DNA of 64,000 nucleotides. Origin: an uncultured Desulfovibrionaceae bacterium (GTDB taxonomy: Bacteria > Bacillota > Dethiobacteria > DTU022 > UBA8154). Both the position numbers and the translations under genes were made by a program. Shown in pieces: positions 51,410 through 60,735 of the stretch. The notes beneath the pieces are model-generated. The model searched no databases. It was not told the DNA's origin and saw nothing but the letters and a program-made list of their open reading frames with translations. Every line of letters starts with the position of its first letter. Within the stretch, counting starts at the first letter, position 1. The DNA lies in the NCBI GenBank assembly GCA_964603615.1, contig CAZRVU010000002.1:9677-73676 (forward strand). The letters run 5' to 3'.

Positions 51410-52062
51410 TAATTAACTATTTTTTTTAAAAGGTCGGCAATATCCGTAAATACATCATTAATCGGGCGCGAACCATCCACACTATAATAAAGATCCTTCT
51501 GTTTATAATAATCAATAATGGGCATGGTTTGCTTACAATAAACAGACAGTCTTTCTTTTACAGCATCAACATTGTCATCGCTTCTTTGATATAATTCACC
51601 GCTGCAATGATCACAAATATTACGCACTTTGGGAGGGTTAAATTTTAAATGATACGATGCACCGCAATTACGGCAGACTCTTCTTCCTGTTAAACGATCC
51701 GTCAACTCTTCTTCCAAAACATCTATATTTACTACTGCATATATTTTTAATTGGAGCTCATCTAAAATTTCATCAAGAGCCTGGGCCTGTTCTACTGTCC
51801 GGGGAAACCCATCCAAAAGAACTCCGTTACTGCTACCATGTTTTGCCAGGTAATCTTTAACTAAAGAAATCACCACTTCATCCGGGACTAGTTTACCTTT
51901 ATAAATATATTCTTTTGCTTTATTGCCTATTTCCGTTCCCTCTTTAACAATATTGCGGAAAATTTCGCCGCAGGAAACATGAGACAACGCAAAACCCTTG
52001 GCTAATTTTTCCGCCTGTGTACCTTTACCGGCACCAGGGGCGCCCATCAAAACAATAAACAT
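51409..52062 (-). CDS. adk: Adenylate kinase (zinc-lid type)
   Basis: MFIVLMGAPGAGKGTQAEK (P-loop), LLDGFPRTVEQAQAL, a zinc lid CRNCG...CDHCSG and LYQRSDDN; about 55% identical by eye to B. subtilis Adk. AT-rich codon usage relative to neighbours. Confidence 0.9.
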   Translation of the reverse strand: MFIVLMGAPGAGKGTQAEKLAKGFALSHVSCGEIFRNIVKEGTEIGNKAKEYIYKGKLVPDEVVISLVKDYLAKHGSSNGVLLDGFPRTVEQAQALDEILDELQLKIYAVVNIDVLEEELTDRLTGRRVCRNCGASYHLKFNPPKVRNICDHCSGELYQRSDDNVDAVKERLSVYCKQTMPIIDYYKQKDLYYSVDGSRPINDVFTDIADLLKKIVN

Positions 52063-52356
52063 AAGAAAACCTCCCTTTTAGTAAAAAGATTCTGATAACA
52101 ATGCTTGGATTTTCATAAGTTTCACTAATAATTGAATATAAAAAATTACTTATTCTTTCAGCTACTTCTGGTCAAAACACGCTTAAATGTAATTATTTCT
52201 CCGTAATTATTCAAAATCCTGCCTTACTAACACATATATTTCTAACTTTGAGCCATAATGAATAAAAGCACAATAAAAACTTAATTTTAAATAATTTAAA
52301 ACCGGGCCCTAACTAGAACTGGATCTATTGTTTCTCATCTTTTTATTGCCTATTCA

Positions 52357-52585
52357 TGATTCTACTGCCTAAATTCTATTTGCCAGGCATTCGCTGAAAC
52401 CAGCAGCCCTTCGACTGGCAATTTTTCACCCGGGCCAATTGAACGTCCTCTTCAAAAGGCCCTAAAAATGGCGTCCGGCGATTTTTGCTGCAAAATTGTG
52501 GCGTCTTCATGTGCTGATTTTTACAGCTCCCGCCCGGGCAAATTGCGCTTTATACAGCAGAATGTAATTTTTGCAGTGGAATCAT
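52357..52585 (+). repeat. MITE-like repeat, copy C (full length)
   Basis: Same element as copy B; about 90% identical across 229 bp; ends 22 bp upstream of the yyaC start. Confidence 0.75.
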
Positions 52586-52607
52586 TCATGCGAAAGGAAC
52601 TATTAAG

Positions 52608-53201
52608 ATGCACCCTTCGACAACAAAAAACGCTGAAAATTTTTACTTCCCCTTGCCAGCAACGATCTTTCCCCATACAAAGGGAGCCTTGACTACTTTT
52701 ACACAAGTCCTGGGCTCTTTGTTGACTAAACTGCAAAATTACCACACACAACTAATCATTCTTTGTATTGGCAGCGATCGTTCCACCGGTGATTCCCTCG
52801 GGCCCCTGGTCGGTAGCGTTTTACAAGAGTTCCCTTTACACAACATTACTGTACTGGGCACACTTTCCCAACCTGTCCATGCTTTAAACCTTCCCGATAC
52901 CCGCGAATTATTATCAAACCATTATAAAACCGCTGCCATTCTTGCTATTGATGCTTGTTTGGGTCAAAAAAGCAAGGTGGGTTGCCTTGAAATTGGTAAA
53001 GGAAGCATCTACCCTGGCGCGGCTGTAAAAAAGTCTATTCCTCCCATTGGCGATCTCTTCATTACCGGTATCGTCAACGTAGGGGGTTATATGGAGCCAC
53101 TAATTTTACAAAACACACGCCTTGGAATCGTTTTTCCCCTGGCTAAATTTATTGGTTTGGGCGTTTATAAAGCCATCTGCGCGACAGAATGGCTTCTTTA
53201 A
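52608..53201 (+). CDS. yyaC: Sporulation protein YyaC (GPR-like spore protease family)
   Basis: LIILCIGSDRSTGDSLGPLVG, HALNLPDT, AIDACLG and ITGIVNVGGYMEPLILQNTRL align with B. subtilis YyaC (VVVCIGTDRSTGDALGPLVG...). Confidence 0.85.
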   Translation: MHPSTTKNAENFYFPLPATIFPHTKGALTTFTQVLGSLLTKLQNYHTQLIILCIGSDRSTGDSLGPLVGSVLQEFPLHNITVLGTLSQPVHALNLPDTRELLSNHYKTAAILAIDACLGQKSKVGCLEIGKGSIYPGAAVKKSIPPIGDLFITGIVNVGGYMEPLILQNTRLGIVFPLAKFIGLGVYKAICATEWLL

Positions 53202-53293
53202 GGAGGCCGAATATGTGGAATCATCAGTCTATATGGTGACAAATAAGGAAATATCGCGAGGATTTCGTGGTAAGGGCTAGCTCAAAACATTTA

Positions 53294-53522
53294 TGATTCT
53301 ACTGCCTAAACTTTATTTGCCAGGCGTTCGCTGAAACCAGCAGCCCTTCGACTGACAATTTTTCGCCCGGGCCAATTGAACATCCTCTTCAAAAGACCCT
53401 AAAATGGCGTCCGGCCATTTTTGCTACAAAATTGTGGCGTCTTCATGGGCTGATTTTTACAGCTACCGCCCCGGCAAATTTCGTTTTATGCAGCAGAATG
53501 TAATTTTTATAGTGGAGCCATT
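53294..53522 (+). repeat. MITE-like repeat, copy D (3' TIR degenerate)
   Basis: 5' TIR TGATTCTACTGC intact and internal sequence conserved; the 3' end reads TATAGTGGAGCCATTT. Confidence 0.7.
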
Positions 53523-53638
53523 TATAAATTATCACTTAAGGTGATGTCCCTGAGGCTGGCAAAACGTTCCTGGAACAAAACCGGCCCTTAAAACAATGCA
53601 AACAAAGATGGCGCCTTGCCCAGTATTCCTAGCCCCTT

Positions 53639-53654
53639 TGTTTCACGTGAAACA
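53639..53654. promoter_or_regulatory. parS centromere site
   Basis: TGTTTCACGTGAAACA is a perfect 16-bp palindrome matching the Firmicutes parS consensus tGTTnCACGTGAAACa, 11 bp downstream of the parB stop. Confidence 0.8.
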
Positions 53655-53664
53655 TTATCGCTTT

Positions 53665-54540
53665 TTACTTAAGCAGCAACGTCAATAATCTTTCCAAATC
53701 TTCTTCACCGTAAAAAGATATTTCCACCTTTCCTTTACGTCTTCCTGCTTTAATCTTAACCTTAGTACCATAAATATCCCTCATTTTTTCTTCATATTCT
53801 TTGATCTGTTGCTGCGATTCTTGCTTTTCAGCGCTAGTTTCCCCCTGTAATGCCTCTTTTTCCTGTCTATTGATTTGTCCCTTCACCAGTTTTTCTACTT
53901 GCCTGGCGCTAAGCTTTTCTTCTATTACTTTTAAGGCAATCCTCTTCTGTTCCTCGCCGTTGCTCAAAGCCAGTAAGGGCCGGGCCTGCCCTGCCGTAAT
54001 AGAGCCATCCGCAAGATAGCTTTGCACTTCATCTTCCAGGGCTAACAAACGAACGGTGTTAGCGATCGTCGAGCGACTCCGCCCTAGTTTTTGCGCTAAA
54101 TCATCTTGTAGGTATTCAAATTCCTCCAATAATTTTTTATAAGATATTGCTTCTTCAATGGGATTCAAATTTTCCCTTTGCAAATTTTCAACCAGTGCGA
54201 TTTCTACCGACTGCCGGGAGCTATATTCTTTAAGGATAGCCGGTATTTTATCTAAACCGGCCATTAAAGCAGCGCGATATCTTCTTTCCCCGGTTACCAG
54301 ATAATAGTATCCCTCTTTTTTTTGTAATATTACTGGTTGTAGCACCCCATATTCTTTGATTGTATCAGATAGTTCCTTTAATTTTTCTTCATTAAAATTT
54401 TTTCTAGGTTGGTGCGGGTTGGGTTTTACCAAATTTAAAGCAATCTCTACCACACCTTTTTCAGCAGGGATCTTCTCTTCATTAATTTCAGGTATTAGTG
54501 CCCCCAGACCTTTACCCAATCCAAGTTTTTGCTTACTCAT
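53665..54540 (-). CDS. parB: Chromosome partitioning protein ParB (Spo0J)
   Basis: ParB box (GERRYRAALMAGL), an HTH (SRSTIANTVRLL) and a C-terminal dimerisation domain; overlaps parA by 4 bp. Confidence 0.9.
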   Translation of the reverse strand: MSKQKLGLGKGLGALIPEINEEKIPAEKGVVEIALNLVKPNPHQPRKNFNEEKLKELSDTIKEYGVLQPVILQKKEGYYYLVTGERRYRAALMAGLDKIPAILKEYSSRQSVEIALVENLQRENLNPIEEAISYKKLLEEFEYLQDDLAQKLGRSRSTIANTVRLLALEDEVQSYLADGSITAGQARPLLALSNGEEQKRIALKVIEEKLSARQVEKLVKGQINRQEKEALQGETSAEKQESQQQIKEYEEKMRDIYGTKVKIKAGRRKGKVEISFYGEEDLERLLTLLLK

Positions 54541-55295
54541 CTTCTAGCAACCTCCTCTGCCATAATTTTATAGACCTCCGCCCCTTTGCTGCGCGGATCA
54601 TATTCAATAATTGGCTTACCATGGCTGGGGGCTTCACTCAGCCTGACGTTCCTGGGTATAACAGCATCAAAGACAATTGCTCCAAAATAATTTCTTACTT
54701 CTTCCGCAACCTGAGCAGCTAAATTAGTCCGGCTGTCATACATTGTCAGAAGAACACCACCAATTTTTAGCTTACTGTTAAGATGCTTTTTAACCAGATT
54801 AATCGTTTTTACTAGTTGGCCTAATCCTTCCAGCGCATAATACTCACATTGAATCGGAACTAGTACCGTATCGGCTGCAGTCAATGCATTTAAGGTAAGC
54901 AACCCCAAAGAAGGTGGGCAATCAATAATAATATATTGAAATTTATCTTTTAGGGGCCTGAGCATCCGGCGCAATCTCATTTCACGCGAAATTGTCGGGA
55001 CTAATTCGATTTCAGCCCCGGCTAATTGTATAGTAGCCGGAATAACAAAAAGGTTATCCTGTTTTGTAGAATAGATTACTTTTTCTAACGGTATTTCATT
55101 AATTAAAGCATCATATATACATGTTTTAACCTTTTCTTTGTCCAAGCCAATCCCGCTAGTAGCATTTCCTTGAGGATCAATATCTAACAACAACACTTTG
55201 TTACCCAATTCGGCTAAACAGGCGGCCAAGTTAACGGCTGTAGTTGTTTTTCCTACCCCACCCTTTTGGTTGGCAACTGCTATAATTCCTTGCAC
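54537..55295 (-). CDS. parA: Chromosome partitioning ATPase ParA (Soj)
   Basis: Deviant Walker A KGGVGKTTTAVNLAA and the downstream ParA motifs (DCPPSLGLLTLNAL). Confidence 0.95.
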   Translation of the reverse strand: MQGIIAVANQKGGVGKTTTAVNLAACLAELGNKVLLLDIDPQGNATSGIGLDKEKVKTCIYDALINEIPLEKVIYSTKQDNLFVIPATIQLAGAEIELVPTISREMRLRRMLRPLKDKFQYIIIDCPPSLGLLTLNALTAADTVLVPIQCEYYALEGLGQLVKTINLVKKHLNSKLKIGGVLLTMYDSRTNLAAQVAEEVRNYFGAIVFDAVIPRNVRLSEAPSHGKPIIEYDPRSKGAEVYKIMAEEVARR

Positions 55296-55478
55296 CTCTC
55301 CACCCCATTATTATCCCGATTGGAATATTTTGAGACACCTTCTATATTCGTTAAACGTTAAAATAGTTCCTTCTACAAATTAACATTGCCGGGTTATTCT
55401 ATTCCCTTAAAAACAAAAAGCTGCTTATTCGAAACAGCAGCGTTATCTTTTTATAATCTTCTTCTTTTATAATGGCCT

Positions 55479-56312
55479 TTATATTTGATCTTTAGGCATG
55501 CGAATTCTTATTTCCCAAAAATTTTCATGTTCTATCTCCTCCACGATAGGCTTTAAACCGGCATTTCGAATTATACCTAATGCTTGTCTGATCGTGTTTA
55601 AAAATATCCTTAGATCTTTAATAACTACCTTTCTTTGCCTCTTGAGGCCGCCCCTCTTTTTTTCGTTTTGTTTAAATTTTTTAATTATTTCTTCGGTTTC
55701 CTTAACAGTTAAATCCATTTCTAGTATAATATTTACTACTTCCATCTGTTTTTCCACTGAGTCAAGCTTTAATAGTGCACGTGCATGACGTTCGGTGAGT
55801 TTTCCCGCAAGCAATATTTCATTAATTTTTGCAGGCAGCTTCAATAACCTCATTTTATTAGCAATCGTAGATTGACTTTTACCTAATCTTTGTGCCAGGA
55901 CCTCTTGCGTTAGATCGAATTCTTCCATTAGCCGCTTGTATCCTTTTGCCTCTTCCATATAATTTAAATTTTCTCTTTGCAAATTTTCGATCAGGGCTAC
56001 TGCTGCCAATGAACTACCGCTATAATCCCTCACAATCGCAGGTATTTCCGACCAATTAAGCAGTTTACATGCCAGGAAACGTCTTTCACCGGCAACGATA
56101 CGATAACCGTTCTGCTCTGTTGTAAGGAGTATTGGTTGCAGCAAACCATATGTTTTAATCGACTGCGCCAGCTCTTTTATCTTTTCATCTTCAATGTTTA
56201 TTCTTGGTTGATAAGGATTATTCGTTATAAGTTCCGTTTTTACATTACGCACATCTTCCCTCACTTTACTATTACGTTCTAAAGGTATCTTTTTACTTTT
56301 TTCTGACCACAT
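55479..56312 (-). CDS. ParB-family paralog (Noc-like nucleoid occlusion protein)
   Basis: ParB box (AGERRFLACKLL) and an HTH (SQSTIANKMRLL) but a divergent C-terminus; position upstream of parAB matches noc. Start set at MWSEK with an RBS; the ORF opens at 56360. Confidence 0.75.
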   Translation of the reverse strand: MWSEKSKKIPLERNSKVREDVRNVKTELITNNPYQPRINIEDEKIKELAQSIKTYGLLQPILLTTEQNGYRIVAGERRFLACKLLNWSEIPAIVRDYSGSSLAAVALIENLQRENLNYMEEAKGYKRLMEEFDLTQEVLAQRLGKSQSTIANKMRLLKLPAKINEILLAGKLTERHARALLKLDSVEKQMEVVNIILEMDLTVKETEEIIKKFKQNEKKRGGLKRQRKVVIKDLRIFLNTIRQALGIIRNAGLKPIVEEIEHENFWEIRIRMPKDQI

Positions 56313-56397
56313 TTCATCACCCCGGTATACATTTGATTCTAGTAGCCTTTTGTAGCGCAATATTTCTTTCTTAATTTATGAATAGGCCATCTTTGTG

Positions 56398-57174
56398 CTA
56401 ATTTTTGTATTTGTTGTAATTATTCGACATAGTGATTATTTTTCCTGCCCCTTGCTCAGATATTTTATTATACCAGGGCCTTTTTTGTGGTATGCCGTCT
56501 CTGCGGGGGAATTTTTCTTCTGCTTTATTCACTTTTTTAATGATGAAGATCATCCTATCTTTTCCACAATCCGGCAACCTGTAAGACTTAACGTCCACAA
56601 GTTTGCCGCCACAACGCAGTAATATATCCCTGGCCCGGCCTAAATCTTGTAAACCCTTTGGCCCCTGCCAGGACCAAAATTCACCCCCCACCCCTACAAG
56701 GGGCAAGGCTAATTCCAAAATAACAGCCAGCGGTGCTACAGCGCGCGCCACAACCCAGGGAAATTTTTCCCTCATCTCTCCCCGCGCTAAATATTCAGCC
56801 CTTTGCTGCCATAAAGTAACCTCTTGCAGTTTTAAATCCCGCACAACTTTTTTTAAAAATAAAACTTTTTTCCCTGCCGCCTCCACTAAAAACAGTTTTA
56901 TCCACGGCAATAATATTTTTATAGGTATCCCGGGGAAACCTGCGCCACTTCCTAAATCTAATAATTTTTCCCCGTAAGGCTCGCTCCCCAGCCCGTACAA
57001 AGAATCATAAAAATGTTCTTCGATGATTGCCGCTTGCTCTATAATACGTGTCAGGTTGTATTTTTTATTCTCTTGCTGCAAAATTTTTATGTAGCGCTGG
57101 AAAAGAATTACTTGATTATCGTCTAAATCAATACCATATTTTGCAAACACGTCTTTAATTGCTTTAATCTCCAT
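56398..57174 (-). CDS. rsmG: 16S rRNA (guanine527-N7)-methyltransferase RsmG (GidB)
   Basis: SAM-binding LLDLGSGAGFPGIPIKIL and the RsmG fold; 258 aa. Confidence 0.9.
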   Translation of the reverse strand: MEIKAIKDVFAKYGIDLDDNQVILFQRYIKILQQENKKYNLTRIIEQAAIIEEHFYDSLYGLGSEPYGEKLLDLGSGAGFPGIPIKILLPWIKLFLVEAAGKKVLFLKKVVRDLKLQEVTLWQQRAEYLARGEMREKFPWVVARAVAPLAVILELALPLVGVGGEFWSWQGPKGLQDLGRARDILLRCGGKLVDVKSYRLPDCGKDRMIFIIKKVNKAEEKFPRRDGIPQKRPWYNKISEQGAGKIITMSNNYNKYKN

Positions 57175-57283
57175 TTTATTTAATCTAACCCTGTTATTTT
57201 ATTCTTAACTACCCCGCGTATAAAGGATAGGACTGTTCAAGACTAAAGCAGCTCTTTCTTTTTTTCCTATATTTATTTGTAAG

Positions 57284-57330
57284 CAAATTCCGTTTTATGC
57301 ATCAGAATGTAATTTTTGCAGTGGAAACAT
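57284..57330 (+). repeat. MITE-like repeat, 3'-terminal fragment (copy F)
   Basis: AAATTCCGTTTTATGCATCAGAATGTAATTTTTGCAGTGGAAACAT matches the last ~47 bp of copies B and C; lies 5 bp from the mnmE stop, in the mnmE-rsmG gap. Confidence 0.65.
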
Positions 57331-57335
57331 TTTTA

Positions 57336-58763
57336 TTATTTACCGATACAAAACTTTTGAAAAACATTTTCTAGCACATCCTCACCGACCTCTTGCCCGA
57401 GCAGCTCCTCTAAATGCTTTTTTGCCCGTCGCAAATCAATGCCGATCAAATCTAATGGAATATTACTATTAAAAGCTTCCCTTGCTTCCTCTAAATTTAC
57501 CTTAGCTTTTTTTAGCAGTTCTTCTTGTCTGGCTTCCATAATAAAGGCACTCTCTTCAGCAACGATCATTCCTGAATATACCATCTCACCAATAGCTTCC
57601 TCCAACTTACTAAGCCCGGCCCCGTTTTCTAGTGATGTTTCGAGCACCAACCTTCCTGGAAACGCCTCCTTTACCTCTTGCGGCGATATCCTCTGCTTTA
57701 AATCTATTTTATTAAGAATAATAATCAGATTCGCCCCCGGACTGCCCTCTTGTTCAATATTATGATAAATCCAGCGATCATCCGTTGAGATCCCCCTTGA
57801 TGCATCTAATATCAATAAAATCAGATCTGCTTCCGCCAGGACCCTTCTAGATAATTCCATGCCTATTTTTTCTACTTCGCCCCCGTTGAGATGTAAACCT
57901 GCCGTATCAATTATTTTTAAAGGAACACCTTGAACATTTATATATTCCATTAATAGATCACGCGTTGTCCCTGGTATATCTGTGACAATAGCGCGTTCCT
58001 CCCTTAGAAAATAATTATACAGGGAAGACTTACCAACATTGGGACGGCCAGCGATCACTGTTTTAACTCCCTCTTGCAATATTTTTCCCTGAAATCTTTT
58101 TTGCAGCAGCAAGTTAATATTTGATAACATATTTTCTATTTTTAAAGCACTATCCCTGGCCCCTTCCAGCTCTCTTTCTAGATCAGGATCATCGTAGGCA
58201 AAGTCTACCTCCACTTCAATCTGCCCCAGAAGGGAAATTAGTTCAGCGCGCAGCGCTTTAATTTCATCTGAAAGTGACCCTTTGAGTCCTAATAGCGCAC
58301 CATGCAAAGCTTTATCTGTCTTGGCTTTAATCAAAGTTAAAACGCTTTCAGCCTGCACCAAATCTAACCTTCCGTTCAGATAGGCTCTTTTCGTAAATTC
58401 CCCCGGTTCAGCTAAGCGGGCACCTTTATCTAGCACAGTCCTCAATATATTTTTTAAAACAACAGCACCTCCATGCGCGTTGATCTCTACAACATCTTCA
58501 CAAGTATATGAATGGGGGCCGGGCATAAAACTCAAGAGTACTTCATCGATTTCATTCCCCTGCCCGTCTAGAACATAGCCGTAATAAAGCTTTCGCGCTC
58601 TTAGGAAAAAGCTTTTATTAGATGTTTCTTTACGTTTGTCTTTACGAACAAATATTTTTAAGGAAATATTTAAAGCATCTTTACCGCTAAGGCGTACAAT
58701 ACCAATGCCCCCTTCACCGGGGGGTGTGGAAATAGCTGCAATTGTTTCTTCGGGGTCATTCAT
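57336..58763 (-). CDS. mnmE: tRNA modification GTPase MnmE (TrmE)
   Basis: MNDPEETIAAISTPPGEGGIGIVRLSG N-domain, G-domain (GRPNVGKSSL, DTAG) and the C-terminal CIGK. Start at the ATG at 58763 with RBS AGGTGA; the ORF opens at 58781 with GTG. Confidence 0.95.
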   Translation of the reverse strand: MNDPEETIAAISTPPGEGGIGIVRLSGKDALNISLKIFVRKDKRKETSNKSFFLRARKLYYGYVLDGQGNEIDEVLLSFMPGPHSYTCEDVVEINAHGGAVVLKNILRTVLDKGARLAEPGEFTKRAYLNGRLDLVQAESVLTLIKAKTDKALHGALLGLKGSLSDEIKALRAELISLLGQIEVEVDFAYDDPDLERELEGARDSALKIENMLSNINLLLQKRFQGKILQEGVKTVIAGRPNVGKSSLYNYFLREERAIVTDIPGTTRDLLMEYINVQGVPLKIIDTAGLHLNGGEVEKIGMELSRRVLAEADLILLILDASRGISTDDRWIYHNIEQEGSPGANLIIILNKIDLKQRISPQEVKEAFPGRLVLETSLENGAGLSKLEEAIGEMVYSGMIVAEESAFIMEARQEELLKKAKVNLEEAREAFNSNIPLDLIGIDLRRAKKHLEELLGQEVGEDVLENVFQKFCIGK

Positions 58764-58883
58764 CTGCTCTTTCACCTGCACAGACCTTTATTCATATTCT
58801 TTATCTCACACTCTTAAAAAATAAGGAGTTCATTAGAACTCCCTCTTTTTACCACTACTGTTTCATTTCCCTGGAAATATTTT

Positions 58884-59513
58884 TTAGCGTGGTGAAATAA
58901 CAATTTTACGGTAAGGTTCTTCCCCCTGACTAGAGGTAACTACATCCCGATTATTTTTCAAAGCCAAATGAATAATTCTCCTTTCCTGCGGATTCATTGG
59001 CTCTAGGGCTACTTCTTTTCTAGTCCTTAAAGCTTTTAAGGCTAAATTTCTAGCCAAATTTTCTAATGTTTTTTTTCGCTTATAGCGGTAATTTTCTATG
59101 TCGAGAATAATCCTTTGTTTTTGTGCTGCAAATTGTCTATATAAGACAACATTAGCCAGGTATTGGATGGCATTTAAGGTGTTGCCCCGTTTACCAATTA
59201 AAATACCTAAATTTTCTCCTGTAATTTCATAATGCAGGTTTTCTTCATCATTTTCTTCAGAAGTAATCTTAATCGTTCCCTCTACTCCCATAATATTAAC
59301 TATATTTTCCAGAAACTCCTGAATGTATTCATCAACCTCTTTGAGTACGGTCAACCTTAATTTGGCCTGTTTAGAGCTGATAAATTTTAACAGTCCTTGC
59401 GCCGGTTCGCTCAAAATCTCTATTTGAACATTTTCTTTTTTTACACCTAATATTTTTAAACCTTCTTCCAGCGCATCCTCAATTGTCTTAGCGCTAACCT
59501 CAATTGTATTCAT
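58884..59513 (-). CDS. jag: Jag protein (KH + R3H RNA-binding, SpoIIIJ-associated)
   Basis: 209 aa; Jag_N, KH (GKRGNTLNAIQYL) and R3H (ERRIIHLALKNNRDVVTSSQGEEPYRKIVI); overlaps the yidC stop. Confidence 0.85.
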   Translation of the reverse strand: MNTIEVSAKTIEDALEEGLKILGVKKENVQIEILSEPAQGLLKFISSKQAKLRLTVLKEVDEYIQEFLENIVNIMGVEGTIKITSEENDEENLHYEITGENLGILIGKRGNTLNAIQYLANVVLYRQFAAQKQRIILDIENYRYKRKKTLENLARNLALKALRTRKEVALEPMNPQERRIIHLALKNNRDVVTSSQGEEPYRKIVISPR

Positions 59514-60337
59514 CTTTTCTTTTTGGCCCCTTTCTTCTTACCTTTAGCCACCTTTTTTTTAATTTTGGGGGCATTTTTGTCCGTCTTTAACGTTTTTTTA
59601 TCTTTCCCTGTTTCAATTTTACTGAGGCCTTTAACTTTTTCTGGTTCTTTTATTACAGATTGTTTAACTTGGGCCATCTTTTTCTCCTGCATCTTTGGTT
59701 CGTTTTTATCCTTTTCCCCTTTACCAAAAATAAATAATTGATTACCTATCGAAAATATCGAATTTGTAAACCAATAAAGAACCAGTCCCGCGGGAAATTT
59801 AATACTAATGGCTGCAATCATCACCGGGAAAACATATAGCATTGTCTTTTGACGGGGATCTGTAATAACCATGCGCTGATGAAAAAAAGTTGCAGCGGCA
59901 GCTAAAATAGGCATAACATAAAAAGGATCTTTTTCGGTTAAATCTAGCCAAAGAAAATTTGGATTAAAAGTTTTTCCTATTGCCTCAGCAATTTGAGCCG
60001 GTTCCCGCAGAAGAGTAAAGACGGCAATCATAATTGGAAACTGAATTAAAAGAGGTAGACAACCCCCTAAAGGATTTACTTTATTCTCTCGCATATATTC
60101 CATTGTAACTCTGTTATAAGCTTCCTTATCGTTCTTGTATTTTTCTTGTAGTTTTTTTAGTTCCGGCTGAATATCTTGCATTTTTTTTGAAGATTCTAGC
60201 TGTTTTTTAGTCAAAGGAAACATAATAATATTAACGAGAATAGTAAGCATAATAATAGCTAAACCATAACTTTCCCCTGCTATATTATATAAATAACTTA
60301 ATATTATATTTATATACCCACTAAGGGCCTGTATCAT
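59510..60337 (-). CDS. yidC: Membrane protein insertase YidC/SpoIIIJ
   Basis: FPLTKKQLESSKKMQDIQPELKKLQEKYK, NPLGGCLPLLIQFPI and a Lys-rich C-terminal tail; 275 aa. Confidence 0.9.
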   Translation of the reverse strand: MIQALSGYINIILSYLYNIAGESYGLAIIMLTILVNIIMFPLTKKQLESSKKMQDIQPELKKLQEKYKNDKEAYNRVTMEYMRENKVNPLGGCLPLLIQFPIMIAVFTLLREPAQIAEAIGKTFNPNFLWLDLTEKDPFYVMPILAAAATFFHQRMVITDPRQKTMLYVFPVMIAAISIKFPAGLVLYWFTNSIFSIGNQLFIFGKGEKDKNEPKMQEKKMAQVKQSVIKEPEKVKGLSKIETGKDKKTLKTDKNAPKIKKKVAKGKKKGAKKKR

Positions 60338-60374
60338 GCCGATTCCTCCTTTTTAGCCTTCCATCCCGTATTTT

Positions 60375-60584
60375 TTAAGGTAAAGGATCGTAGCCACCTG
60401 CGTTAAAAGGATGGCAACGTAATATTCTGTTTATACTGAGCAAAGCCCCTTTAATAACTCCATATTTAGCGATAGCCTCAAAACTATAGCGGGAACATGA
60501 TGGATAAAAACGGCAATGTGGAGGAAACAACGGAGAAATCGCCCTCATATAAAAATTGATGATCCCCAGCAACAGATACCTCAT
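60375..60584 (-). CDS. yidD: Membrane protein insertion efficiency factor YidD
   Basis: 69 aa with [19 protein letters not shown]...[17 protein letters not shown], the DUF37/YidD signature. Confidence 0.85.
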   Translation of the reverse strand: MRYLLLGIINFYMRAISPLFPPHCRFYPSCSRYSFEAIAKYGVIKGALLSINRILRCHPFNAGGYDPLP

Positions 60585-60735
60585 TAAAAAACATCCTCCT
60601 ACACTTTGACCAAACCTCTTAGCTTACAAAATACAACACCAAGGTTTTCTTATATTTACTTTATTCTTAATATAATAGCTAAAGTATATTGTGTACAAAA
60701 ATTTTAACATTTTTTAACGCTTTGTTTTTAGGTAA

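Noticed and set aside
51181-53522. Possibility that the dispersed repeats are a CRISPR array
   Set aside because: The units are about 230 bp, not 24-48 bp. They are separated by genes of irregular length (adk, yyaC). They have terminal inverted repeats and there are no cas genes nearby.
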